This document shows, piece by piece, positions 1 through 10,271 of a DNA stretch of 64,000 nucleotides. Origin of the DNA: Terriglobia bacterium (GTDB taxonomy: Bacteria; Acidobacteriota; Terriglobia; Terriglobales; Acidobacteriaceae); assembly GCA_963699935.1 (NCBI GenBank), contig CAVOVU010000009.1, positions 77,781-141,780 on the forward strand, given 5' to 3'. The notes under the pieces are model-generated. The model did not search any database. It saw nothing but the letters and a program-made list of their open reading frames with translations, and was not told the DNA's origin. How positions within the stretch are numbered: the stretch's first letter is position 1; every line of letters begins with the position of its first letter. A program made the position numbers and the translations under genes.

Positions 1-975
1 ATTTTCGTGGCCGAGACCAAAGCCGGCGACGTCAGGGTATTCCGTGGGCTCACCAGCAATGGCAAGCCCGAACAAGTGTCGATGTACGCCAGCGGCCTGA
101 ACGAGCCCTTCGGCATCAATTTCTATCCCCCAGGCCCGAATCCAGAATGGGTCTATATCGGCAACACGGACTCGGTGGTGCGGTTCCCCTATCAGAAAGG
201 TGACATGCAGGCGCGCGGTCCGGCACAGCACATTGCGGACGTGCCCGGAGGCGGCGGCCATTCGACGCGCGATATTCAGTTCTCCCCCGATGGCAGGAAA
301 ATGTTTGTCTCCGTGGGCTCGGGTTCGAACATCGACGACCCGGATACTACACCCCGAGAAAAGAACCGCGCCGATGTTCTCGAGTTCAACCCGGACGGCA
401 CAGGTATGCGGATTTTTGCCTACGGAATTCGTAACTGCGTGGGGCTGGCGACCAATCCGAAGACCGGCGAGTTGTGGTGCTCGGTCAACGAGCGCGACGG
501 CCTGGGCGACAATCTGGTTCCGGACTACATCACCCACGTGCAGGACGGCGGCTTTTACGGATGGCCATGGTGGTACATGGGCAGCCATCAGGATCCCCGG
601 CATGCCGGCAAGCATCCCGAACTCAAAGACAAGGCCATCGTTCCCGACGTATTGCTGAACCCGCACAACGCGTCGCTGGGGATCACTTTCTACGACGGCA
701 AGCAATTCCCCGCCGAATATCAAGGAGACCTTTTCGGCGCCGAACATGGCTCGTGGAACCGGGCAGTCCGAGTGGGCTATGAATTGATTCGTGTTCCCCT
801 GCATCAGACCGGGCACGCCAGCGGCGAATATCAGGACTTCATGACCGGATTCGTCGTTGACAACGAGCACGTGTGGGGACGGCCGGTTTCCGTCACCGTC
901 GCGCCGGACGGATCGTTGCTGGTCACCGACGATGGCGGGGAGTGTATCTGGAGGATCAGTTACACGGGAAAGTAG
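1..975 (+). CDS. PQQ-dependent sugar dehydrogenase (soluble aldose/sorbosone dehydrogenase beta-propeller family); 5' end lies outside the window
   Basis: The reading frame is open to base 1. Motifs GGGGHSTRDIQFSPDG, NERDGLGDNLVPDY and GGFYGWPW. Confidence 0.8.
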   Translation: MFVAETKAGDVRVFRGLTSNGKPEQVSMYASGLNEPFGINFYPPGPNPEWVYIGNTDSVVRFPYQKGDMQARGPAQHIADVPGGGGHSTRDIQFSPDGRKMFVSVGSGSNIDDPDTTPREKNRADVLEFNPDGTGMRIFAYGIRNCVGLATNPKTGELWCSVNERDGLGDNLVPDYITHVQDGGFYGWPWWYMGSHQDPRHAGKHPELKDKAIVPDVLLNPHNASLGITFYDGKQFPAEYQGDLFGAEHGSWNRAVRVGYELIRVPLHQTGHASGEYQDFMTGFVVDNEHVWGRPVSVTVAPDGSLLVTDDGGECIWRISYTGK

Positions 976-1010
976 CCTTCTGTCTGGATCCGTGGATTCG
1001 ACGATCATCT

Positions 1011-2180
1011 TTGACCATCCATAAATACGACGCTCTGATTCTCGGCGGCGGCGCGGCCGGACTGATGTGCGCCATCGAAGCCGGCAAGCGCGGACGGCGG
1101 GTGGCTGTCCTCGAACATGCCGAGCGGCTGGGGAAAAAGATTCTCATCTCCGGCGGTGGGCGCTGCAATTTCACTAATATCCACTGCTCGGCAGAAAACT
1201 TTGTCTCCGCCAATCCGCACTTCGCCAGGTCGGCACTGGCGCGCTATACCCCTGACGACTTCATCGCGCTGGTCGAGAAACATCGCATTCCTTATCACGA
1301 GAAAACTCTGGGCCAGCTGTTCTGTGATCGCTCCGCTCAGGACATTCTGGATATGCTCGAAATGGAATGCCGCGAGAGTGGAGTTCAGCTGTTCCCCAGG
1401 ACCGCAATTCACAAGGTGACACGCCCTGACGTGTTCGTTGCAACGGCCGCAGATCACGAATTTCGCGCTCCGGCGCTGGTCGTGGCCACGGGTGGACTGT
1501 CAATTCCAAAGCTGGGGGCTTCGGGATTCGGTTATGACCTGGCACGGCAATTCGGATTGAAGATTCGTCAGACCCGGCCGGGCCTGGTGCCGTTTCTGTT
1601 CGGCGCTGAGGACGGCCGTCACTACTCCGATCTGGCGGGCGTCTCTGCGGACGTCATCGCTGCGTGCAATGGCCAACGCTTCCGGGAAAAAATGCTGATC
1701 ACGCATCGCGGGCTCAGCGGGCCTGCGATCCTGCAGATTTCGACCTACTGGAGGAAGCCGGAGTCCATCTCGATCGACCTGGCGCCGGAGCAGGCAGTCA
1801 CCACCGAACTTCTCGAATCTGCGACTCCGCGAAATATCGCATCGCTGCGGGCCGCCTTGCGCCGATTTCTCCCCAACCGTTTTGCCGACCGGTGGCTGGA
1901 ACTCCATGCCCCCAAAACCTGGACGAACTCTTCCCTTCGGCAACTGGAGCGCACCCTACACAATTGGGCCGTGCTTCCAGCGGAAACCGAGGGCTATGGG
2001 AAAGCCGAGGTGACGGCGGGAGGCGTGGACACCGATGAATTGTCGCCCAAAACAATGGAGAGTCGAAAAGTTCCCGGCCTGTTCTTCATCGGAGAAGTGG
2101 TGGATGTAACCGGACATCTGGGCGGTTTCAATTTTCAATGGGCCTGGGCCTCGGGAGCCAGCGCGGGGCGGGCGTTGTAG
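1011..2180 (+). CDS. NAD(P)/FAD-dependent oxidoreductase, BaiN/YhiN (HI0933-like) family
   Basis: YDALILGGGAAGLMCA dinucleotide fold followed by GKKILISGGGRCNFTN. A TTG at 1011 avoids the overlap created by the ORF-track start at 873. Confidence 0.85.
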   Translation: MTIHKYDALILGGGAAGLMCAIEAGKRGRRVAVLEHAERLGKKILISGGGRCNFTNIHCSAENFVSANPHFARSALARYTPDDFIALVEKHRIPYHEKTLGQLFCDRSAQDILDMLEMECRESGVQLFPRTAIHKVTRPDVFVATAADHEFRAPALVVATGGLSIPKLGASGFGYDLARQFGLKIRQTRPGLVPFLFGAEDGRHYSDLAGVSADVIAACNGQRFREKMLITHRGLSGPAILQISTYWRKPESISIDLAPEQAVTTELLESATPRNIASLRAALRRFLPNRFADRWLELHAPKTWTNSSLRQLERTLHNWAVLPAETEGYGKAEVTAGGVDTDELSPKTMESRKVPGLFFIGEVVDVTGHLGGFNFQWAWASGASAGRAL

Positions 2181-2265
2181 GACGAGCGTCGGTCGAACTC
2201 GTTCTTGACGGGAACAAGAAGTGGGTTGATGATCTTCTGTCGAATATCGTTGAACAAATGCAGCC

Positions 2266-3363
2266 TTGGAGCTTGAAATGACTTGCACTGTCTCCGCGGT
2301 CTGGCGGCGAAGCAAACGTAGGCCTTCCCTGCTGCGAGCGGCATGCGTGGGCCTTCTGTGTCTTGCCCTGGGAGTCGCATCCTGGGCTGCGCCCGCTCAC
2401 AAAGACAAAGACCTGCACATCTACTTTGTGGATGTCGAGGGCGGACAGGCGACATTGTTCGTCACACCCGCGGGGCAGTCCCTTCTCATCGACACCGGCT
2501 GGCCGGACAATGATGGCCGCGATGCGGACCGTATTGTAGCTGCCGCCCGCAAGGCAGGCGTCAGCAAAATCGATTACGTTCTGATTACTCACTTTCACCA
2601 GGACCACGTCGGCGGAGTTTCACAGTTGGCCGAGCGTATTCCCATCGGGACATTCATCGATCACGGAGAGAACCGCGAGAATGATGCTGGAACCGTAAAG
2701 GGCTGGCAGGCCTACCAGGCAGTGCTGGCGACGGGAAAGTACAAGCACATCATTGCCAGGCCTGGAGACCGGCTGCCCGTCAAGGGAATGCGCGCGACCG
2801 TCATTAGTTCCGACGGAGCGCTGATCGAGAAGGCGCTGTCCGGCGCGGGACGGGAAAATCCGAACTGCACGGGTGCTGAACCATATCCGGCAGACACGTC
2901 GGAGAACCTGCGTTCCCTGGGCATCGTCATCGATTTTCGCAGGCTGAGAATTCTGGACCTTGGCGACCTTACGCATGATAAGGAAATGCCTCTGGTGTGC
3001 CCCATAAACAAGATCGGCAAGATTGATATCTACATCGTGTCTCATCACGGCACCATCACCAGCAGCAGTCCACCTTTTGTGCACGGAATCGCTCCCCGGG
3101 TGGCAATTATGGACAACGGCGCCACCAAGGGCGGCAGCCCGGACGTTTGGGACGTCATCGAAAAATCGCCCGGCCTGGAAGACCTCTGGCAACTGCATTT
3201 TTCCGAAGAGGGCGGCGCGGCGCACAATGTCGCGGCAGAGTTCATCGCCAATCCCGATGGTCCCGATGCAGCCCAAGGTCTCGAGGTGACGGCCCATCCC
3301 GACGGAAGCTTTGAAGTCTTCAATGCCCGGACGCAAAAAAGCAAGCCCTATCCGGCGCGATGA
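2266..3363 (+). CDS. Secreted MBL-fold metallo-hydrolase
   Basis: N-terminal signal-like hydrophobic segment. ITHFHQDHVGG (HxHxDH) motif. Confidence 0.7.
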   Translation: MELEMTCTVSAVWRRSKRRPSLLRAACVGLLCLALGVASWAAPAHKDKDLHIYFVDVEGGQATLFVTPAGQSLLIDTGWPDNDGRDADRIVAAARKAGVSKIDYVLITHFHQDHVGGVSQLAERIPIGTFIDHGENRENDAGTVKGWQAYQAVLATGKYKHIIARPGDRLPVKGMRATVISSDGALIEKALSGAGRENPNCTGAEPYPADTSENLRSLGIVIDFRRLRILDLGDLTHDKEMPLVCPINKIGKIDIYIVSHHGTITSSSPPFVHGIAPRVAIMDNGATKGGSPDVWDVIEKSPGLEDLWQLHFSEEGGAAHNVAAEFIANPDGPDAAQGLEVTAHPDGSFEVFNARTQKSKPYPAR

Positions 3364-3433
3364 AACGACGGCGTGAGAATATTCTGCAGGCAGCACAGCA
3401 TTCCAATATTGGGCAGAATCGAGGACCACGGCA

Positions 3434-4675
3434 TTGCTGCGCTGGCGAATTGCCATACTGGTGAGTGTTGCCATCGCCATCAGCTATCTGGATCGCCAGA
3501 CGCTTCCGGTGGCCGTCACTGCCATTGCCAGAGATATCCCGCTTACTAACCAGCGCTTCTCAGCGCTGCAGTCGGCGTTTCTGCTTTCCTACGCTCTGAT
3601 GTACATGGGCGGAGGAAAACTTGTGGACGCTTTGGGCACCCGCATTGGGTTCGCCGTGATCATGGCGTTCTGGTCGCTGGCCAACGCAAGTCATGCTCTG
3701 GCCACCAGTTTCGCCATGCTGATGGCCAGCCGCTTTCTGCTTGGCCTGGGAGAGGGTGGCGGCTTTCCCGCGGCCACCCGCGCCGTCGCCGAATGGTTTC
3801 CGATGAAAGACCGGGCCACTGCGATGGGCATCATCAACGCGGGCACGTCGGTGGGAGCGGTGAGCGCTCCTCCGCTGATCGCCGTGGTCTTGAGTTATGC
3901 CGGGTGGCGCTGGATTTTTGTCGTCACCGGCGCTCTCGGATTGTTGTGGACGTGGTGGTGGATCGCATCTTACTTTCAGCCGGAGAATCCTTCCGAACGA
4001 TCGAGCGATCGTTTTGCTTCGGAGGATTCCCGGCCCAACCTGCGCTGGATTGATCTGCTGCGAGTTCGCGAGTCCTGGGGCCTGGTAAGCGCCAAGTTTC
4101 TCAGCGATGCGGCCTGGTACTTCTATCTTTTCTGGCTCCCCAAATATCTTTACGATGCGCGTGGATTCGATGTGAAGGCGGTGGGCACATTTGCCTGGAT
4201 CCCATACGCCGCCGCCGGCGTCGGCTGTCTTCTCGGCGGATGGTTTTCAAGCTATCTGGTGCAGCGTCAATTCTCATTGGGCGTGGCTCGCAAGCTGGCG
4301 CTGGGGTTGAGCGCGGCGGTGATGCCATCCATCCTGCTGGTGCCGCGCCTTCCTGTGGCCTGGGCTCTGGTGATATTCAGCGTCGCCTATTTCGGACAGC
4401 AATCGTGGTCCACCCTGGTCATGGTCCTGCCCACGGATCTTTTCCCTGCCAGGGTCGTCGGTTCGGTTGCGGGCCTGGTGGGCTTCGGAGGCGCCATGGG
4501 CGGAATCGCGTTCGGGCAACTGGTGGGATATTTACTGGACCACGGCTTCGGCTACGGTGTCGTATTCTCTTTGGCGGGCACTTTTCATGTCGCCGCTTTC
4601 GTTATCATTCTGGCTACCGTTCCTCTGGTCCAGCCTCTGGACCTGGAACGCAAACTGAGTTCTGCGGGAGCTTGA
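3434..4675 (+). CDS. MFS transporter, ACS/hexuronate (ExuT-like) family
   Basis: 12-TM-like hydropathy. N-terminal AISYLDRQ motif. The stop overlaps the next ATG (TGATG). Confidence 0.8.
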   Translation: MLRWRIAILVSVAIAISYLDRQTLPVAVTAIARDIPLTNQRFSALQSAFLLSYALMYMGGGKLVDALGTRIGFAVIMAFWSLANASHALATSFAMLMASRFLLGLGEGGGFPAATRAVAEWFPMKDRATAMGIINAGTSVGAVSAPPLIAVVLSYAGWRWIFVVTGALGLLWTWWWIASYFQPENPSERSSDRFASEDSRPNLRWIDLLRVRESWGLVSAKFLSDAAWYFYLFWLPKYLYDARGFDVKAVGTFAWIPYAAAGVGCLLGGWFSSYLVQRQFSLGVARKLALGLSAAVMPSILLVPRLPVAWALVIFSVAYFGQQSWSTLVMVLPTDLFPARVVGSVAGLVGFGGAMGGIAFGQLVGYLLDHGFGYGVVFSLAGTFHVAAFVIILATVPLVQPLDLERKLSSAGA

Positions 4676-5847
4676 TGCGAATTAAAGAGATTCGTACACG
4701 CGTAATGCGCTGGCGAGGAAAGACGGTGCCTTTGCCGCCTCATTTCTGTACCAATCCCATGGACTTGCTGAACCTGCCGGAAGCTTCGATGCAGACGTTC
4801 ACCTTTCACGGCTGGCTGGTGGTTGAAGTCTTTACCGACGACGGGCTGGTGGGGATCGGCAATGCCGCGCTCGCGCCCCAGGTGACGAAGCAAGTGATCG
4901 ACCTTTATCTCAAGCCGCTGCTGATCGGGAAGGACCCGTGGGACATCGAGTTTCTGTGGCAACACATGTATCGCAAGACCATGGCGTTCGGCCGCCGTGG
5001 CATTGGCATGGTTGCGATCAGCGCCATCGATATTGCCCTGTGGGACCTCCTGGGCAAGTCGGCGAAGCAGCCTGTTTATCGGCTGCTTGGAGGCAGGACC
5101 AAACCGCGCATTCCGGTCTATGCCAGCCGGCTTTACAGCGTCGAGTTGAACGAAGTTGCGGCCGAGGCGAAGCGTTATAAGGCCGAGGGCTACAAGGCAA
5201 TGAAACTTCGATTTGGTTGGGGACCAAACGACGGCGCGGCCGGCATGCAACGCAATCTCAACCTGGTCCGTACCGTGCGCGAGACGGTCGGCGATGGCAT
5301 CGACGTGATGGCCGACGCTTACATGGGATGGACGCTCGACTACGCCAAACGCATGCTGCCCCTGCTCGAACCCTTCAACCTGCGATGGCTGGAAGAACCC
5401 GTGATTCCGGATGATGTGCACGGCTACGCTGAGTTGAAGTCATGCGGACGGATTCCGATCGCGGGCGGCGAGCACGAATTCACGTCGTATGGTTTCCGCG
5501 ATCTGCTCGAGGCCCACGCTCTGGACTACATCCAGTTCGACACCAATCGCGTGGGCGGCCTCACGCAGGCGCGCAAGATTGCCGCCCTGGCTGAGGCATA
5601 TTCCGTCCCCGTCATTCCCCATGCCGGCCAGATGCACAACTATCACGTGGTGATGGCCAGCCTGAACTCGCCGATGGCGGAGTACTTCCCGGTCGTCGAT
5701 GTGGAAGTTGGCAACGAACTGTTCTGGTACATCTTCAAGGGCGAGCCCAAAGCCAAAGACGGTTTCATTGATCTGGATGAACGTGTTCCGGGGCTGGGGC
5801 TGACTATTAATGAAGAGGCGTTGCAACAATTTGAAGTCATCGAATGA
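4675..5847 (+). CDS. Enolase-superfamily sugar-acid dehydratase, L-rhamnonate dehydratase-like
   Basis: LRFGWGPNDG, NLRWLEEP and AGGEHE motifs; 390 aa. The ORF-track start at 4240 is an out-of-context upstream extension. Confidence 0.8.
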   Translation: MRIKEIRTRVMRWRGKTVPLPPHFCTNPMDLLNLPEASMQTFTFHGWLVVEVFTDDGLVGIGNAALAPQVTKQVIDLYLKPLLIGKDPWDIEFLWQHMYRKTMAFGRRGIGMVAISAIDIALWDLLGKSAKQPVYRLLGGRTKPRIPVYASRLYSVELNEVAAEAKRYKAEGYKAMKLRFGWGPNDGAAGMQRNLNLVRTVRETVGDGIDVMADAYMGWTLDYAKRMLPLLEPFNLRWLEEPVIPDDVHGYAELKSCGRIPIAGGEHEFTSYGFRDLLEAHALDYIQFDTNRVGGLTQARKIAALAEAYSVPVIPHAGQMHNYHVVMASLNSPMAEYFPVVDVEVGNELFWYIFKGEPKAKDGFIDLDERVPGLGLTINEEALQQFEVIE

Positions 5848-6853
5848 CCTCCATGACACGACTGGTTCAGCTGAAGAGCGGTGGGACAAGGCGCGTGGCG
5901 CTGGTCGAGGAGCCGCACCTGCGTCTGCTGGACGGTTGCAGCTCGATCTACGAACTGGCCAATCGGCCATCAGCAACGGCGTGAGGCTCAGCGACCTGGC
6001 ACACCAGCGGGCTACAAGTGATCGGCTCGACTATGACCCGATCTACCGCAGACAATCTGAATGGCGTCTTCTGCCTGCGATTGACCATCCGGAAGAGCCC
6101 GCGCGCTGCATGGTTTCAGGGACTGGGCTGACGCATCTGGGCAGCGCTCGCAATCGCCAAAGCATGCATGCCTCGACCGAAGCGGACCTGACCGATAGCA
6201 TGAAGATGTTTCGCTGGGGCATCGAAGGCGGGCGTCCAGCACCGGGATCGATAGGGACTGCTCCGGAGTGGTTCTATAAGGGTACGGGCACATCGCTGCG
6301 CGGACATGGTGAAGCGCTCGTGGTTCCGGCATACGCTGGCGATGGCGGCGAAGAGGCCGAGATTGCTGGCATCTACGTGATTGCTGCTGATGGCCAGCCG
6401 CGCCGCGCAGGAATGGCTATAGGCAACGAATTCTCGGACCACGTATTCGAGAAAACGAACTATCTCAACCTGGCGGCGTCGAAACTTCGAACCTGCGGGC
6501 TCGGGCCTGAACTCGTCGTGGACCCGGACTTCGAGTCCGTTCCGGCGGAGGTGAAGATTGAGCGCGCCGGCAACCTGCTGTGGTCGAAAACCTTCCGCAG
6601 CGGCGAAGCTGAGATGTGCCATAGCCTGGCGAACATTGAACATCATCATTTCAAATATGAAGCCCATCGCCGCCCGGGAGACGTTCACATTCATTTCTTC
6701 GGGACGGACTGCCTGAGCTTCAGCGATGGAATCAGGATGCAGGATGGAGACGTGATGCAGGTCTCGATCGAAGGCTTTGGCCGGCCCTTGCGCAATCCGG
6801 TAAGGTTGGCTGGAACCAAGGCGGAACTAGTCAGCGTGAAAGCTCTGGGGTGA
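5844..6853 (+). pseudogene. FAH-superfamily GguC-like protein, with the frame broken near 5961-5970
   Basis: The ATG at 5844 overlaps the previous stop (ATGA) and encodes MTSMTRLVQLKSGGTRRVALVEEPHLRLLDGCSSIYELANR, then stops at 5982. Coherent sequence continues in the frame of ORF 5810..6853 from AISNGVRLSDL onward. The part of that ORF upstream of the junction is Arg/Gly-rich junk. Confidence 0.7.
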
Positions 6854-6856
6854 GTC

Positions 6857-7731
6857 ATGTCAAAACCGCGTGTAGCCATGATCGGACTGGGAATTATGGG
6901 AAGCGGGATGGCAGGACGCCTGCTCGCCGCGAACTTTCCTCTTAGCGTTTACAACAGAAATCGCGAGAAGGCTGCGCCTTTCGCCGGCGCGGGCGCAACC
7001 GTCGCTGGCTCGCCGCGCGAGGCCGCAGTCAAGGCCGACATCATTATCAGCATGGTCGCGGATGATGTGGCTTCCCGGGGCGTGTGGCTCGGCGAAAATG
7101 GCGTGCTGGGCGCAGTGTCTCGCGGCGCCGTACTCATTGAATGCAGCACTCTCACCGTGGGCTGGATCAAGGAACTCGCAGCCGCGGCGGCGGCAGCGCG
7201 GGTGCGAGCTGCTGGATGCACCCGTTACCGGAACCAAGACTCATGCGGCATCCGGCGAGTTATGCTTTCCTGATTGGCGGCCCGGAGGCGGCGCTCGCCA
7301 AGGCCCAGCCCGTCCTCTCGGTGTTGGGCCGCGAATTCATTTATCTGGGCCCGACCGGAAGCGGTGCGCTGATGAAGCTCATCAACAATTTCATGTGCGG
7401 CGTGCAAGCCGCGTCGCTGGCGGAAGCAGAATATATGATAAGCGCCGGCGGCCTGGACCTGGAAAAGGCGCTTGCGGTCCTTACTCATGGAGCTCCGGGC
7501 AGCGGCCTGGTGCAGAGGGCCGCGGCCCGTGCCTTCGCCAACGACTTTACTCCGAATTTTCCCCTGCACCTGATGGCCAAAGATCTCGGGTACGCCATCG
7601 ATGAGGCTTCCCTGCTCGGACGTAGTCTGCAGACCGCAACCTCAGCCCTCACCATTTTCAAAGACGCGATCGCCAAAGGTTATGGTGACCAGGACTTTTC
7701 CGCGGTGATCAAGTCACAGCAGCAAAGCTAG
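6857..7731 (+). pseudogene. NAD(P)-dependent oxidoreductase, 3-hydroxyisobutyrate dehydrogenase family, with two frame breaks
   Basis: The N-terminus MIGLGIMGSGMA is in frame 1. The middle part RGCELLDAPVTGTKTHAASGEL is found only in ORF 7062..7604. The C-terminus FLIGGPEAALAKAQPVL... is in ORF 7141..7731. The breaks are near 7185-7203 and 7262-7270. Confidence 0.75.
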
Positions 7732-8096
7732 CAGTAGCCGACATGGAGGGCGGGCGTCCCCGCCCGTCCCACGGCGCAGCTGCAAAAGGACGGGCGCGAC
7801 GCCCGTCCTCCATAATGAGTTGCGTTACTCCCAGGCGATACGGATGAGCGAAATCCCCTGCCGGGGCAAAGAAAATTGCAGATGCGCTGCGCCCTGCGCG
7901 ATCGGCACCCACGCCGGTGAAGTGAGCAACTGCAGCTGGCCGGCGTGTTGCAATTGTTCGTATTGCGCTGCAGTAGGTGATTGCGGCGAGCCCATTTCTT
8001 TCCATGACCGCGAATGCGTTGCTGTGGCTGGCATCGACCCGAAAGTGTTCCAGCATGGCGCGACTGGTCGTGGCGGGCAATCCACTGAGTGCCAGG

Positions 8097-9476
8097 TTAA
8101 TCGGCGTTGCGAGCAACCGCGAGATCATCATCGTGGTAATTCCAGACCAGTATCTCGACTTCATGGTCCTTCCGCGTGGAAATCAGGTTGATGTCCGGCT
8201 GCCCGCGCACGCCATCGCGGATGACGTCCTCGGAAGGCAAAGCGCCTGAACTGGTGGCGTTGATGCGTTCGCTCCCCAGCAGGCCCAACATTCGGAAAGC
8301 GTTCAGCACTGGCTTGTCCACGCCGTTGGTGGCCAGGGTGCGGAAACCCTCGAAGTAAGGTTGGTCTTCGAATTCGAACGCCCAGGTGACCGCACCAAGA
8401 AAATTGATGCGCTCCTGGCTGGCCAGAAAAAGAATGTTGTTCAGGGTTTCCGCCGTGTAGGCGGCGTACAAAGGTCCGTTGCGATAGGAATTCTGCGGAT
8501 TGGTTCGCGCCGAACAGGCGGCGCATCCTTCCGGATCCGACTCTCCCAGAATGATCGGGGTGCGGCGCCATTCCGGAAACGACGCCACGATCTTGAAGCC
8601 CTGCTCGATGGCGGCCAGCTGGCGCGCGATGCCCATCTGCACGTGATCGCCTTGCCACTTTGGCGATCCCTTGGGATGGAAGCTGATAAAGTCCAGCCGG
8701 GACCCGGTTTTTCCAGTCACATAGTTTGGCTGGTGAGCACAATGCTCGAGGAACGACCGCAAAAACTCCGCCGCCTTGGGATTGGCCGGGCCGGTGCTAT
8801 CTGGCCCGCCGACGCGGGCCCCCGGTAGCGCGCGCAGGACAGCATCCACGCTGAAGTCGTATAGCTTGAAATATTCCTCCGCCGTTCCCTGCCAGTAGCC
8901 GATGTCCGGCTCGTTCCACACTTCCCACAGCCAGGTCTTTACTTCGGCATCGCCGTAGCGCTCACGCAGGTGATGCACAAATTGAAAGACGACTTCCGAC
9001 CACTTCTTGTAGTCCTTCGGCGGATAGGCCCATCCGGTATAGATCGAACCTTGGGGAAATTTGTGCCGATAGGGCTCGGGATGAGTTGACAACGCTTCCG
9101 GCATGAAACCGATCTCAACCAGGGGCTTTGTGCCAGCTGCGTGAAAGGCGTCGAAAATCTGGTCCAGGATGGTCCAGCTATAGAGCGGCTTGCCCGTTGC
9201 GTCCTCGGTGTAAACGTTGGTCGATCCCCACTTCAAAGATGCGGCACCGTCGCCCGTGGTCAACAGATTGTGGACGCGAACATAAGCCGGCTTCGGACCG
9301 AGGGCAGCCAGCTCGCCCAGCAGTTTTCTGCCATTCACGGCGTAGGTATAGTTGGGTTCGTCATAGCCGAAGTAGTTCCAGATAGGAGAGAGCGCGCCCA
9401 GAGATTTCTCGGCGTGAACCTGGATTTCAACTGTATTCGGAACTTGCTGCGGCCACGCGCATGGTGAGATCAGCAC
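8097..9476 (-). CDS. Glycoside hydrolase family 39 (beta-xylosidase-like)
   Basis: WEVWNEPDIGYW catalytic-region motif. A coherent signal peptide, MEFGHNDFKPYSRSFARFLLPFALC, starts at 9547 in another frame and abuts the ORF. This suggests a 5' frame break near 9474-9482. Confidence 0.8.
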   Translation of the reverse strand: MLISPCAWPQQVPNTVEIQVHAEKSLGALSPIWNYFGYDEPNYTYAVNGRKLLGELAALGPKPAYVRVHNLLTTGDGAASLKWGSTNVYTEDATGKPLYSWTILDQIFDAFHAAGTKPLVEIGFMPEALSTHPEPYRHKFPQGSIYTGWAYPPKDYKKWSEVVFQFVHHLRERYGDAEVKTWLWEVWNEPDIGYWQGTAEEYFKLYDFSVDAVLRALPGARVGGPDSTGPANPKAAEFLRSFLEHCAHQPNYVTGKTGSRLDFISFHPKGSPKWQGDHVQMGIARQLAAIEQGFKIVASFPEWRRTPIILGESDPEGCAACSARTNPQNSYRNGPLYAAYTAETLNNILFLASQERINFLGAVTWAFEFEDQPYFEGFRTLATNGVDKPVLNAFRMLGLLGSERINATSSGALPSEDVIRDGVRGQPDINLISTRKDHEVEILVWNYHDDDLAVARNAD

Positions 9477-9785
9477 AAGGCAAACGGCAACAGGAAGCGG
9501 GCGAACGATCTGGAGTAGGGTTTGAAATCATTGTGACCGAATTCCATTGCACACTCCAGAGCTCGATAAGCTTTCAAAGTCATGCGCCTGTCTTATCTGT
9601 AGCGCCGCCGTCCCGGCGGCTGTCGTGGGGCGTCCCGCCCGCACTCGGGACAGCCGGCGAGATGCCGGCGCTACAACAGCTTCTAACAGCAGCGCTATCA
9701 TAGTTGATCTACGAGCCCGGCGGAATTTCGCCGGCGCTCACGCTGCCGGTACAAATTAGACTTCCCCCGCCTCTTCTGCAAGAAT

Positions 9786-10271
9786 GTGGCGGATCAATCG
9801 AGCATGGAGGCCAAATCAATGCAGATCAAAGTCAATGGCGTGGAACGATCCTACGACGGCGATCCCAACCTGCCGCTGCTGTGGTATCTGCGTGATGTGC
9901 TGGGATTGACCGGAACCAAGTTTGGCTGCGGCATGGCATTGTGCGGCGCCTGCACCGTTCACCAGGACGGCAAAGCGGTCCGCTCCTGCGTGACCCGTGT
10001 GAGTGCCACCGCCGGCAAAGAGATCACTACCATCGAGGCCATTTCCAAAAACGGTCTGCATCCCGTGCAGCAGAAATGGATCGAGTTCAACGTCCCGCAA
10101 TGCGGCTACTGCCAGACCGGACAGATCATGCAGGCCATTTCCCTGCTCAAAGACAAGCCCAAACCCAGCGACGAAGACATCGATGCTGGCATGGCGGGAA
10201 ACATCTGCCGCTGCGGCACCTACCAGCGCATTCGGGCGGCCATCAAGGCGGCCGCGGGAGAAAACGCATGA
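9786..10271 (+). CDS. (2Fe-2S)-binding small subunit of a molybdopterin aldehyde/isoquinoline oxidoreductase (IorA-like)
   Basis: [12 protein letters not shown] and CGYCQTG...CRCGTY cysteine clusters. The real start may be the ATG at 9819 (MQIKVNG). Confidence 0.85.
   Translation: MADQSSMEAKSMQIKVNGVERSYDGDPNLPLLWYLRDVLGLTGTKFGCGMALCGACTVHQDGKAVRSCVTRVSATAGKEITTIEAISKNGLHPVQQKWIEFNVPQCGYCQTGQIMQAISLLKDKPKPSDEDIDAGMAGNICRCGTYQRIRAAIKAAAGENA

Noticed and set aside
4240-4674. ORF-track 5' extensions, for example 4240 for the dehydratase, 9941 for the Mo subunit, 19562 for the sigma factor, 873 for the YhiN-like gene and 33047 for the TonB-dependent receptor.
   Set aside because: The upstream parts overlap the preceding gene and translate to junk. 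Internal starts with stop-start overlaps or Shine-Dalgarno sequences give proteins of normal length.
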